Shown here: positions 38,401 to 53,400 of the stretch, one piece after another
Layout: each line of letters starts with the position of its first letter
Position numbering within the stretch: position 1 is the first letter of the stretch
From: Octopus vulgaris
Lineage: Eukaryota
Reading direction: 5' to 3'
Assembly: GCA_951406725.2 (NCBI GenBank)
Contig: OX597830.1
Location: 22,134,001 to 22,198,000 of the forward strand
Length of the DNA: 64,000 nt
The notes under the pieces: model-generated
Told to the model about the DNA's origin: nothing
Database searches by the model: none
What the model saw: the letters and a program-made list of their open reading frames with translations, nothing else
Made by a program: the position numbers and the translations under genes

Positions 38401-41400
38401 AATAGAGCATTCTGTAGCTTTAAACAGAAGAGAGCTGAATATGTACTAGAATAAGATGTCAGCCAGATCCATGAATGTAGAGCTTTTCTCCACACCTAAA
38501 TTAAGTGAAGCCTATAGAAGTGTCCTGCTCAAAGATAAGGGAATACCCACTGAAGATTTGAAATTTTAAATTAAGTTGGTATTTTCAATGTCTTATCTTG
38601 TCAGTTATTCTGAATCTAAACAAATGCATGCAAACACACACAAAGAAAACTTTCTGAATTGACATAAACCCCATTTGTTTTATTTCTTGAGCGTGTTCGT
38701 AAAAATTAGTTATAAATTTACCTTGAGTTTGATTTTTATAGATTATTATGAGGACCAAACTTTATTTGAATTGCAAAAGCAACTCCTAGCAATCCTTTCT
38801 GAATAAAATCAAACTATGCATCTGTTGAATAATGTCTATAGCAAGGCCTGATTGCATGGTTAAGAAGTTCACTTTGCAATGACGATTGCATGTCCAATCC
38901 CATTACACAGCAAATTGGGCATATTTCTACAATTGGCTTTTGTTGATCAATACTTGTGAGTGATATTTGTAAATAAAACCACGGAGAAATCCCTTGTGTG
39001 GTGGAAATGTTTGTGTTGTCATATCACTGATTATAAAACAACATTTTAAAAAATGGAATCATATAGCATTAATGGAGTCAATCAACAAAATAAGTACTGA
39101 GATTACTATTATCAATTAAAAACTTTTGAGACAGTGCTCCAGTATGGTAGTAGTTCAAAGTGCAGGGTGTCCAACATCCATAGAAGGCTATAGGTTGTAT
39201 ACAGAGATGATACCACTGTCAAGACCAAAGTGTACAGATGGATGAAGAAGCTTAAAGGAGAGGAAGCCAGTACTGAAGACAAACTACACAGTGGGAGACC
39301 ATCAGCTGTAACCACTGACAATAAGCACTAGTGGGAGAACAAATCAATGAGTCATAATCTGTGAGGTTGCTGCACAACTGAATTGCAGTCACAATATGCC
39401 ACAGGAGACAGTAGATGACCAACTTGAAAGAGAGAAGGGTAGAATTCTGATCTGATCTGCTGGAAGCATTTTAAGTCAATGAATATGTTTTTTTTTTTTT
39501 CCAGATCTAATGACAGGGGATGAAATGTAGGCATTTATGGTGCAGAAATGAAAGCATCACACCTCTTCTCCAAGGTATAAGAGGTTCAAGAGCCAGCAAT
39601 CAGCACAGAAAGCGACTAACTTTTGGAGTGAAAGAGTATCATTTTCCTTGATTTTTCTGGAATGTTAGTGTACCATCAAGAACAAGTGGTGCATTGTAAA
39701 ACTCAAAAAGCTTAGAGAAGCGACAAGGAGGAAATGACTGAACCAGAATCTGAAAACAATCCACATTCACCATGGTAATGTATGACCATACACATCTTTG
39801 GCATCTGGTACCTTCTGCCTTCCACATATTTAGTCCAATGAAGAAGCTTCATGAGCACAGGCAAGGTAGAAGTAGTTGAAGGTGGAGAGCTGGCAGAATT
39901 GTTAGAACACTGGACGAAATGCTTAGCAGTATTCGCCTGCTGCTACATTCTGAGTTCAAATTTCGCCAAGGTCAACTTTGCCTTTCATCTTTCAGGGTCG
40001 ATAAATTAAGTACCAGTGAAACACTGGGGCTGATGGTAGTTGACTAGTACCCCTTGCAAGAATTTCAGGCCTTGTGCCTATAATAGAAAGGTAGAAGTAG
40101 TTGTGAAGAAGTGTGCACAACAATGCACACCTGAATTTTTTCAAAGTGGATTCAAGAGTTGGGGTTCAGTGATGATGTACATGCATCGCCTGTGGTGGAG
40201 ACTATGTAGGGTAGTAGCTTTATATAGAGGAAGAGTTACTCTAACATGTGAAATTCATACGACCTAGAAAAGTTAATAGAAAAATATATGTTTACTTTTA
40301 AATTAATTCGGAGAATACTTAAATATAGATATGACACCCTTTGCAAATGGATTTAACAGACAGAAACTGAAGAAGGCTATCATATGTATCTGTGCAAGTG
40401 TGTTTGTGCCTCCTTGGCATCCTGTGATAATTATAAAAGTATGTCACTGTCATACAAGCAGTGACATTTGCTTCCAAAGGGAAATATTAGATTGTTTGGA
40501 AACAAATAAGGATGATTGAGGGCAGATAGGGCATCTAGCTGTAGAAAATTAGAAAATCTGCCTCAACAAATTCCATCTGATGCATACAAGCATGGAAAAG
40601 TGGACATAAAATATTTAAAAGCATCTCTATCTTTTTTTCTTTCTCTTTCTCTCTCTCTACACTTTGTTTCAAATTACTAATGGCGTAATATCTTTTTATT
40701 TTATTTAAAAACCACTTGTTGGAATTCAACAAAATTTTCACAGAATGATGACATCAGTTATATGCACATGATGCATAAAAATGTGAGGTTCTGTAAAACA
40801 ACACAGAAACTATGGCCATGCACCAAGTTTATGCAAACTTTCACAGATTCAAATTATTAGCAAGATGTAATTAAAATTCATGTAAATAAGAAAATACCAA
40901 TTTAATTGTTTGATGCACATACTGAAATGAACACATACAGTCATAAGCACGGAAGAAATAGAAATAATCAAATAAACAGCATTCAAAAATGATTGGTGAC
41001 CTGGTTAGTAAGGGATAAATGAGCTTTTGTTTGAAATAAGTTTGAAAAGGTGCTGGTTCATGGAATATGCTAATTTCTGGATCACCTCTGATGTTATACC
41101 ATGAGACACATCCACTGTTGCCTACCACAGTTCATTCTTGCTCCTAAATCGTCAATTCTCATTAACTCATCACTTTAGAATACTCCACAAGTTTTCTATT
41201 GGGTTTAAGTCAGGGGAACAGGCAAGCCACTTCATCCTCTGAGGTTCACAGAAGCCTAATTACTGCAGATACTCTGTAGTTATCCTTGCTGAGTGTGAGG
41301 GCACATTATCTTGCATGAATATTATGGTTGTCTTGAAGGTGATCCTTTGCTTTTTTAACCAAGGTTCAAGGTGCTCCTTCAGAAAGGCCATATAAGCATC

Positions 41401-44400
41401 TGCAATCATTTTAACACCATTCAGCACTTTCCATGAACCAACCATAATACCTCCAATAATACCTATTCAAATCGTGATGCTTTCTCCCCCATGTTGGCTT
41501 CTCAAGTGTTGATGACGATCTGATCTATTTAAAACATATCCCTTGCTCCAACCATCAGTTACATCAATGCTTGCACAAGTTTCATCCCTGAACAAAACTT
41601 TTGAAAGGTTGACCTTCATGTCAGTTTCTACCCGTTTCAGACGATTTTGTACGTGTACTTTGTATAAAGGAGGCCCTTTTAACTGATGTCACTGGTTTAC
41701 TGACCTTTTTCAGAAGATGACATCGGATAATTCTGGACACAGTTGTTTTGCCAATGCACTTGAAAAGTTCTCCACTTGTAAGACCTGGGTTCTTTACAGC
41801 TTCATGCCTAATTCCTGACAGAGAACTCTGAGAAACAGCCCTCGACTGACCCTTGTCGGCTCTCTTATGTCTCGTTGTAGGACATGTAACAAATTTTTTC
41901 ACAGTTTGGTGATATCTTCCAATTATTTTAGATATTTCTAATGTTGGTTTACCTTTTGCAAGTTCAGAAGTAATAACAGGTTTCTCTAAAGTAGTTAAAT
42001 CACATTTACGACCCACAATTACATGATTATCAGACTACTCGTTAATAATTTGGAACACTGAAAGTTCATGGAAATCATGCAAATGGCTGCAGTTTCTTTA
42101 CACTTTCGCAAAACCTCATGTTTTTTACACACCACATGCATATAACTGCTGCCATCATTCTGTGGAAATTTCATTGAATTCCAACAAGTAGTTTTTAAGT
42201 AAAATTTTTTAATGTTATGTTATTAATAATTTGAGACCCTGTGTGTGTGTGTGTGGATATGTTTTTTCTGTGATGGTTTTTGCTAAGCAGCATCGATTTT
42301 TATAATTCTGTAAATAATAATAATAATAGTGTTTTATAAGCTTTAAGCTTATAAAATACTATTATATATATATAGGTACATACACATATATAACTACATG
42401 GGAATCAAAACTGATTATTCTTAAAAAGGGGCAGGGAATTGGCTTTCACAATTTTGCATTAATTCTGGCTATTTTCAATATCAATTACATTCACTGAAGT
42501 GTTGCAACACTACAGGGGTACTATAGCCTTTCCATCAATAACTTTAATAGTTGCTCCCAAAATTAAAAACTTATTTTTCAAACCATCATTTTATCCCATA
42601 TTTTAGAGTTCCTAAAAAAGAATCAAATATAGTCAGCCATATCTCATATTAAACTTAACTAGTGAAAACCATGAATACTTAGCAGACAATCTTGCAATAT
42701 TGTCTTCATAGAGACACAGGTATTGGTATGTTGTAAAGAAATTTGCTTCCCAATCACATTTTGGGTTCAGTTCCACTGCATGGTACTGTAGTCCCAGACC
42801 AATTAAAGCTTTGGTAATGGATTTGGTAGACAGAAACTGTAAGAAGACCATGAGGTATGTGTGTGTGTGTGTGTGTGTGTGTGTCTCATTGTGTTGACAT
42901 TGTGTAACAGTTGTGAATGAGAGTCACTGTCATACAAACAGTGTCATTTATTTGCAATATTTTGCAAGAACATGACTAGCCATGGCGAAATATTACCTTG
43001 CTTGGAAACAGATGAGGATTAGTGACAGGAAGGGCATCCAGCCATAGAAAATCCATCTCAATAAACTCTGATTCATGCAAATATGGAAGAGTTGACATAA
43101 GAATGGTGATTCAAGGGATGATACACAGAGATGATTACTTTCTCTAGCTATATAAATGGACTTCAGCTTACAAAAAGACATTAGTCAGAGAACAGTTTGG
43201 TGCCCCAGCATGGCCGCGGCCTTCGGGCTAAAACATTTTTAAGGATTTAAGCTAGGTATATTGATTCATTGAGAGATAAGTACTCTGAACTGAGACAGTG
43301 AAGTACCAGCAACAGAATATAAACCTTTTATCCTTCAGTCTGTAAGCTAACAGCTCAGCCAATTATACTTCACAAAACTAAACAGTATAAACCAATTGTC
43401 TATGTCAAAGACAACAGTGGAATGACAATGAACTTTCTTCTAATACCATCATATACTAGAGTAGAAGTTTATACACTGTATATTGAACCAATATAAGTTC
43501 CTCAGAAAAGAAAAGTTCATATGAACCTTTATTAACAGCAAATGTGTCATTGGTAAAAAAAGACAGTTTGAACATTGTATCAAGAGTTGTGTTTCATTAT
43601 TTTCATTGAGAGAAGGACAGGGACTCAACAGGTGATATGAGATCAACCAAAATATTCAATAAGCAAATAATTTTAGAAAATTTGCCAAAACTGAATTACA
43701 TACCCATGGCATTCTTTAATGGATCATCGGATTCTCCCTGAAAAATGAAGATACAAAATGTCTTACATGACTAACAACAACAAATGAAAGAAAATACATA
43801 GAGTAGTATTACTTTTTCATCTTTATATTAAACACAATTGTGAACGATAAGCGAATCAAGCTATTTTGTTCTCAAATAGTTTTCAGATTGAGAAATTGGT
43901 GGCATTTGTAACTGATTAACTTTATCAAAGACAAGCAACTACTGAACTGTGAAGTAAAATTATTTTCATCCATATTATTAAGTTAAATATTATCAATTAA
44001 GAAGTAAAAGCATAAATTTCCACTGAAACAAGTAATGTGATGTAGCTAAAGTATTAATTTAAAACAAGTCAGTTTACCTGCAGAGCAGCATCAGTTTCTT
44101 TGTTTGTATCTAAAGTAGTGGCAGGTAGTTCTTCCACAAATTGGTCTTTATCAGAGGTGTCATTTCTCAACATATCTGATGGTTTGGTATCACTTGAAAG
44201 TACTTGATTTTCAGAAAGATCTTCCACAGAAGTTTTGCCAGGGAGCAGAGAGTCAGTGTCTGGATTTGTGTTTGAAAAGACACCAGATGTCTCTGCATCT
44301 TTCTGAAAATTAAAACACAGCAAATATAATAAAAGAAAGCCAACTAGAATATAAATAAATAACTTATTAGATCTTAAAGAAAAAAATATTTAACTAAAGC

Positions 44401-47400
44401 TGAAATTTTTATCATGTCTCTTAATTCTGTTCTATATTTTAGAGATGAAGAATTCTGTATATTATTTACATTGGATGGATATGTGTCCTCATCCTGTTTG
44501 TTGTTACCACAATGTTTCAGCTGATTTACTCTCCAGCCATCATCAGGTGTCCTGGTACAATTTTGAACCCAACCCTGGGTTCTGATTCCAAAGGTATTTT
44601 TTTTTATATAAAATTCACTCTATAATTGCCCACAGGCATATAGCATAATGGTTAAGAGCACAGGCTACTAAGCTCAAGATTCCGAGTTCAATTTCAGGCA
44701 GTGCCTTGAATAATGATAATAATATCAGCAAAAAAAAAACACCCTGAGGAATGCAAACCCAGGGTTGGGTTAAAAATTCTACTAGGACACCTGATGAAGG
44801 CTGGAGAGTAAATCAGATGAGGACACATATCCGTGCACTGTAAATAATGTCTTTTAATTGTATTTCACATTTTATCTAAATCTACCAACTTAAATTCACA
44901 GCTATCTTCATCAATGAAAACATTTCATTGATGAATGGGTCAAAGTTACCATTCAGACTACACCACCATAAGTAATTGACCATCCATACATTCATCTCTA
45001 CCCATTATTCCTGGTAGGATCATGGGGTTAGAGTCCTCAGGTACCTCCTCCACAGGGTCCTATCAAAAGCAACATCTTCTGGTTGGATCCCTAAGCACAG
45101 CCAACTGAGACTATCTTTTACTTGTTTTAGTCATTAGACTGTGGCCATGCTGGGGCACTGGCTTGAAGAATTTTTAGTCAAATGAATTGACCCCAGTGCT
45201 TATTTTTTTTAAAGCCTAGTACTTATTCTATCAATCTCTTTTGCAGAACTACTAGGTTATGGGAACATGGACACACTGGTTGTCAAACAGTGATGGGGGA
45301 CAGACACACACACACACACACATACATGACGGGCTTCTTTTAGTTTCCATCTACCAATTCCACTCACAAGGCTTTGGTTAGCCTGAGGCCATAATAGAAG
45401 ACATATGCCCAAAGTGCCATGCAGTGGGAAGTGAGCCTCTTATCACACAGTCACGTCTGCACCTGGATATTATCCAACCATGTCATTCTCGGTCCACCCC
45501 CTTAGGCCTCCTGCTGGTTGGCTCAGTTTCAGGAATGTGTCTTGCGATTCTTTCCTGTGACATTCTAATCCCATGTCCAGAGCTGTGACCTCCCAATGCA
45601 GAGAAGCAGCCGTCAACCTGGAGAAATTCCCTGATCTCCAAACAGCACATCCAGTTGAGCAACATTACTCCAGAGATCATTCAGAGAAACCCCATTTTGC
45701 AGGAGATAAGTAATTGACAATACTGAGAATTGACAACTATGAAACAGGAAGTGAAATAGTGATATATATATAGTGAATCTAGGCCACCACAACAACTTTC
45801 ACCAAATAACACAAAGAAAATGGAAAATATATCATGTCATTGTCACTGAATACTTTAATTTCAGGTAATGAGCCATGGGTAAACCAGACCCATCCACTAC
45901 TATGAATTGAACCTATGTTACAGTTTATGATTACTCAAATCTCACCAGCCTCCTGAACAGTCAAACACGTCTCCAAATAAGAGTGTTATAACTCAGAAAG
46001 TAGCTTTTATATTTTTGGCACCATGACAAAGTAAGTCATCTACTTCTTATGACAAACAATGAAATAAATGATAAGCACCACTACCAACAGATGACATTCT
46101 AATTAATAATTTCTAACAAATGGAAGATAAACAGAAGAAATTAACTAATTCATAAAAAAAGATCACAAACTTCACCAACCTCATCCATGTTGTCTGCAGT
46201 TGATTTATTTTCTGGAAATTAATATAATTAATATAATTAGCTCAGAGATATTAATCAGTTACGTGTATCATTACATGACAAAATAGTGTATCACACATCT
46301 GAACACAAAGTAAAATAGTTTAACACTGCAAGGTCAGATATGACATTGAGGTAAACACACCACTATAACATATTCAATTGTATATTAGATAGTTATAACA
46401 CCACAGAACAAGTCGCTGTTTTAGGATTAATTATCATGTTAACATATGTGCAATCTGCACATATGGCTGTCTGGTTGAGAAGCTTGCTTCCCAACCATGT
46501 GGTTTCAGGTTCAGTCCTACTGCACAGCACCATCAGCAAATACCTTCTACTACAAGCTTTGGGCCAATCAAAAGCCTTTGAATGGATTTACAAGAAGGAA
46601 ATTGAAAGAAGCCTGGCGTATAGATATATGTTTGTCTGTGCATGCATGTGTATCGAACCCTTGATTTGTCATCACTTGATGGTTGTAAACAAGCATCACC
46701 GTCATAGAAGCAATGTTGTTTGTTGTCAGTCTTCGATGGAAACCAAGTGTGGCCATGGGAAATATTATGTTGCTTGGAAATAGGTGGAGGATGACAGCAG
46801 GAAAGGCATCTGGACATAGAAAATCTGCCTCAATAAATTCCATCTGATCTATACAAGCATGGAAAAGTAGATATTAAATGATGACAATGACAACATAGGC
46901 AGGAAGGGTTTCAAAGCACAGTTTACCATATCCTATATTTTTGTCAATGAGTGACACATGAAAGGCACCCACTTTGGTGACATGTTAAAGGCACCCATGC
47001 TGGTGACTCATTAAAGGCACCCACACTGATGACATGTTAAAGGCACTTATGCTGGAAACATGTTAAGGGCACCCATGCTGGTGACACATTAAAGGCACCC
47101 ATGTTAGTGGCACATTAAAGGCACCTGTGTCAGTGATATAATAAAGGCACCCATGCTGGTGACACATAAAAAGAATCCATGCTGGTGACATGTTAAAGGC
47201 ACCCATGCTGGTAACACATTAAAGGCACCTGTGTCAGTGACACATTAAAGGCACCTGTGTCAGTGACACATTAAAGGCACCTGTGTCAGTGATACATTAA
47301 AGGCACCTGTGTTGGTGACACATTAAATGCACCAGTGCAAGTGACATGTTATAAGCACCCATGTAAGTGACATGTAAATGTCACCCATGCCAGTGACATG

Positions 47401-50400
47401 TTAAAGGCACCCTTGCTGGTGACATGTTAAGGGCACCCATACGGGTGACACATAAGACACCCAGTACATTCTATCCAACCAAAGAAACCAAGCCAAAATA
47501 GACTGGAACCTGGTGCAGCTCTCTGTTCTAGTTCTAGTCAAACTGTTTAACCCATGTCAACATGGAAAATGGATGCTAAATGGTGATGATGATAGGACAG
47601 GAACTTGTCAGCCGAGCAGACTGAGGTAAGTAGTTTGCTAGTCCAAAGTGAAATTGTCGTGACTGACAAATTTCTCAGTATCATCACCAATGCTGTTACT
47701 GGAATCAGCAATGGAACTTTAGATACCCTCAACAACACTAGTCAATATAGACACATATTCACACAGGTACCTATATAGCATCTATGTTTAACATTTTAGT
47801 TGTAGACCTGTGATACTTACGAAGAACATCTGTAGGTTCACTTTCTTCCTGGAATTTATCTTCACTCAAAACCTAAAAATGTTAAAATTTAAAATAAACT
47901 TACAGAAACCTCTGTATAATCTGTTACATATAATAAGAATAGGGAAGAATGAAAAGAAAAAGAATGCTATAAGAAAATTAGGAAAAAAACATTACATATG
48001 AAACCATGGTCAAACATCATTGGTTTAAGTGTAATTTAGCTAGAAGAAAGATACTCAACAAAATTTTCTTGGTGTATTTCATATAATTCATTTGAGTGGT
48101 GTTACAGTGAAGATAATTAGGGAGTGGGGAAAAAAGCTATGAGGAATAAAGGACTAAAAGAAACTAGTGAAGATAATTAAAGGGTTGAGAAAAACTAGGA
48201 TATAAAAACAACATTATTACCTCATTTTCTCCCAAGTCAGTTGCATCTGAAAAACAGAAATAAATAATAATAATAATAATAATAATAATCCTTTTGCATT
48301 TAAACCAGCCCAAATATTCTGTTTTATGTCAAAACTGGTTAGATCCAGACTCTTAATCTGCCAGACGTCATTCTAAAAATAAACAATCACATGATTGAAA
48401 TCTTGAAGCTGTGAGATAATGCATGATGGATTCAAAAGAATCTGGATAAATAAGCATTACATTTGACAGAATAATCTGAATGCTACAAAGTTAATGGTTT
48501 CAAACTTTAGACAAGGCCTGCAATTTTAACAGGAGGTGAATTTGGGTAGCTGATCGCATCAACTATCAACCATCCCACCCCCAGTACTTGACAGGTATTT
48601 ATTTTATTAACCTTGAAAAGATAAAAGGCAAAGTCAACCTAGATGACACTTGAACTCAGAACGTAAAGAGTTGGAAGAAATGCCACCAAGTATTTTGTCC
48701 GATGCCCTGACAATTCTGCTATATTGCTGTCTTAACCCTTTAGCATTTAAATTACTGTCAAATGCAAAAGCCTATTCATTCATATTGTTTTGAATTAATC
48801 ATGCATTATCCTGTAGCTTTGAGATTTTGATGAGGTGATTGTTTATTTCTAGAATGTCATTGTAGGTACAAGAGGCCTGATCTGGTCAATTTGATCATAA
48901 AACTGGTAGAATATTCGGGCCAGATATGGCCAGTTTAAATGCTAAAGGATTAATAATGATAATAACAATCAATTAAGAGAAAGAAAAATTTAAGTGAAAG
49001 AGAATATGTATTATTGAATTAACAAGTGAACTTTCACATTAATTGTACATTGACTTTACAGCAAGTACATTATTACAGCCGCACCATAAAGTTCAAAGGT
49101 TACTTTCAAATTTGCTTTTGTTTTGTTTATAATATTGAACTTTTACAATGCATTTGAGACAACAAATCCTCTCCTATTTCCATACATCATAATACTAAAG
49201 AGCTGTCACTGTATATATTATTCACGTCAGCAATGACCTTGCTAATTCCCAGTAGTCAGTGGACAGAAAATTGTTTTGTCATGCAATTTATTGTCTTCCT
49301 GTGAGATCTATAAAGCCAATTCAGATATTCTGAATGCTTGATGACTTGCACCCAACCGAGAGTTGCTTGAGTTTGTAGACAGCTTATATGCGACTACAGT
49401 CTTGTCAGACTCAGATATAAGGGAATCTTGTAGTGTTCAACTTTTCTTTCAGACCATGATATATTTAACTATGCAATTCCTTCTTAGATAGACTTCAGAG
49501 ACCTGCATTTTCATGAATTTGACAAGTAAATCATTGTTTATGTACAAGAGCTAAGACTGCTTAAAGTAGCACTCATCAAAAGATTTCATTGAAATTTTGT
49601 CTTTGGTATACTATGCATATACCATAGAGATAGATAAAACATTTTAGCAGATGTTAAACAAACAAAAGAGCCAGTATGCAACCCTGAGGTAGACTACTTT
49701 ATAATATCCATGTGCATCCATTTTTGCTATCCAGAATTGTAAAGGAATGTCTACTTCCAATCATAACAAAGATAAATTACATGAAATTCATACCCTTTAA
49801 ACTGTATATCATTTAACAATAACATCCGATCGTAGCCGTTTGCCAGCCTCATCTGGCACCTGTGCAGGTGGTACGTAAAAAGCACCCACTACACTCATGG
49901 AGTGGTTGGCGTTAGGAAGGGCATCCAGCCATAGAAACATTGCCAGATCAGACTGGGCCTGGTGCAGCCTTCTGGCTTCCCAGGCCCCAGTTGAACCGTT
50001 CAACCCATGCCAGCATGGAAAGCGGACGCTAAACGATGATGGCAGTTAATCATATCATATATAAGCGGATGTCAGATCAACAAAAACTGCTCCTATAGTA
50101 TACCACTTCCTCTGTGTATTGAGTGAGATTAAATACTTGGCTGCAGTTAACTTTCCAAAATAAAATCAAGAACACAAATGTTCTTGCAACTATCAAAGAT
50201 TTTCTTTGAATTGCACAAACACTATTTTTAATGTAAATCATAATAAAATATTCATCACTCCTGTACTTATAAGGAAGTCAGTCAAGAGTACTACCAAAGA
50301 TAATGGAACTTCAAGATAGCTAAGACAAAATGTAACTCACTGGTTGGAACTGTATCTGCTTTTTCTTTACTTCCTTCAGTATGTTCAAGAGTTTCTCCTT

Positions 50401-53400
50401 CACTTTTTAGAGCCTGTGTAAATAGATAAAAGTGATGTCTGCATTGCTAGGTTCATATATATCACAACATCTATACACACACACACACACATATATATAT
50501 ACACAGGGTGTCCCAGAATTAGCTATCTATTTCAGTGAAATCAGACAATTGTTTAAAAAACTCACTTTTATTTATATTTATCATGATTAATATGTGCTAA
50601 AAGTGTATAAATTTTAAATTTTGTCTATATTTTTATAATTTTATTTTCATTCCTGTTGGATCCCACCTATCTATCCACGAGAGCTTTTTCTTTCTTTCCT
50701 TTTTTTTTCCAGTTTGGCTGCAATCATTTTCTCTACCTCCACCCCCAGGATAGAGCAACAGTTTAGCTGAACTTAAAGAATGCATTCAGTTAGCAGTGCA
50801 GGAGATAACTCCTGAAAAACTTCGAAATGCTTCAAAAGATAGATTTGAAATTCTCAGGGATACAGACGGAGCACATATTGAACATTTTCAATAAAGTTTT
50901 GATGTAAGGTTTATAAATCTTTTTGTTTTGGTATCTGTCAGTTTTTTTTTTTTTTAACAATTTGCCCAATTTAATTGAAATAGAATAGTTAATTCTGAGA
51001 CATCCTGCATGCATGTATATTGCTAACTTAGGAAAAGAGGGGGACATTATGCTTTTGCAGCTCCTTACACCTGTAATTTCAATACAGCCACTACCCATCA
51101 TTTATATTGACAGATCAATACCTAAAAGTAAATACAGGTGGGAAAGAAAATGAAGGTCCAATTCAAAAGCTTTATTTTATTAAAATGAAGTGTTATTACA
51201 TACATTCCTACTGAAAAAAGAAAAAAAGAAATTTAATAATGAAAATTTTAAAACAGAAGTATTCAAAGAAGTGTTTCCATCCCGTATTGTAATTTATATC
51301 TGTCCATGTTGGTTCAATACTTTTACAGTCTATATAATTAATTTTGATAAATCTGACTAAATATTTTTTTTTTTATACAGCATTAACACTAATAAAGAAA
51401 AAATTTTAAAAAACAGTCCATATAATATACAGGAGATATTTTTTCTGGGATTTCATAGTTAAGAGTTAAGTAGGCATTATTTATGAATAAATATGGCACT
51501 CAAATTCACTGTAACATTACACTGCTTTTACCCTATAATTAATTCTTTGTAAGCCTAGTGGATCTCTTTTGCTGAACCGAGAAGTTACAGGGACGTAAAC
51601 ACACCAACATTTGTTGGCAAGCAATGGTGGGGGGACACACAGACACACAAACACACACACATATATATATATATATATACAATGGGCTTCTTTCAGTTTC
51701 CATCTACTAAATCCACTTACAAAGCTATGGTCAGCCCGAGGCTATAGTAGAAGACACTTGTCCAAGGTGCCACACAGTGGGACTGAACCTGGAGCCATGC
51801 GATTGGTAAGCAAGCTACTTACCACACAGCCACTCCTGTGCCTATATGAAAGAAATAAAATAACCCTATGCAGATGTCACAGTAATTTAATCAGCAGGAA
51901 CCAAACCGAATTTCACACATAAGTTTTATCTCCTGGAATCGATTTTAAGTCAACAACATTTTTGTTTACTTTTGAATGATATGTCAAGTGAAAGGGCTAT
52001 ATAAATATATAAAACATTACTGGCAGACAGCTGCAGAAGTAATAGATGCTGAATTTTATGCAAGTATCCTGCAAGAGCACCAACTGTTGCAATCAGACAA
52101 AAATTTATTGTCTATATACACACATAAACACACATTATATCATGTTATATTATATATAAATCAACCAATTGTCACAAACAGCAAAATAAAAGAATGACAA
52201 ATTATTATAATGGAAGACCAAACTTTCTTCATATACTTTTAACATTTTCTATCTATATGGAAAAGTGAATGTATTGGGTCATCCTATAAATAATGTGGGT
52301 TTTTTTATACTTCTTTTATTTTTCAAAATTAAGATAAACAAAATTCTTTTTTAATCTAAAATATACTCTCCTTCATTTTCCACAATGCTCTTCTATCTAT
52401 CTGGTAGACTTGCAAGGCTCCTCTTCCAAAACTCACTTGTCCGTGACAAAAAATACTCCCCCAATACTGGTCTGACCTCGTCTACAGAATTCATATTTTT
52501 TCCATCCAAAGAATTTTGAAGACTGTGGAATAAATGATAATAAGCAGGGGCAATGTGAGTGGAGCATCGCTTCCCATTCAAACTGCTCCAGCCTTTGGAA
52601 TGTCATCCTCTTTGTATGTGGCTGAGTATTATACTGATGGAAGAACACCTTTCGTCTTGAAACCAAAGATGGTCATTTTCCTTCTGCCACTGATTTAAGC
52701 CACTCAAGCTGCTTGCAGTAGATCTCCTTTGGTTTGAGTTTAAAAGTTCAAAATGGACTAAACCTTTCACATCCCACCAAACAGATAACAACACCTTACA
52801 TGGATTAAGACCTTCTTTAGCCTGGGGTTCCAGTGTTTCTCCTTTCCCTACCCACTGTTTTCAGCGCTTGACACTTTTAGAGTCCCTAAAAACGTTCATT
52901 CATGAGACATGACAGCAAAGAAGAGCACACATTCACATTCTGTGCAAAATTTTAAATTCAGAAAGTTTGTGAGGGACCCACTGACCCAATTTGCTGACTT
53001 TTCTGATGGCATGCAGGTGTCAATAAATGGTTGAATGACCAAATTCAAGCCTCTCTGCTAGTTTCTCAACAGTTACAATGGGAATTTGTTCCACCGGGGT
53101 TTGCAGGACATCCTCGTTGAACTCTACAGATCTTCCAGGATTAAGCTCATCTTCTAGAGTGTAATTTCTAGCCCGGAATTTCTGGAACCACCATTGACAC
53201 TGGCTTATGCTTATTATCCAATCCCCATGTACTGCATTAATATTCCTTGCACGTTTTGTTGCATTGTTGCCTTTATTGAACTCATAAAGCAAAATACACC
53301 AAATATGCTCCTTTATCACTTCCATTATAGCTTTGAAAAAATAGTTGTTAAAATCGAACCACACTCTTCAAAACTAGCACTAAGAATAAGTACAAGGTAA

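Noticed and set aside
44634-44706. tRNA gene
   Set aside because: A and B boxes are present but the cloverleaf is degenerate and it is fused to repeat sequence; treated as a SINE head, as are the other tRNA-like heads in the window.
46951-47465. Regularly spaced repeats resembling a CRISPR array
   Set aside because: Contiguous tandem units with no unique spacers, eukaryotic context and no cas genes.
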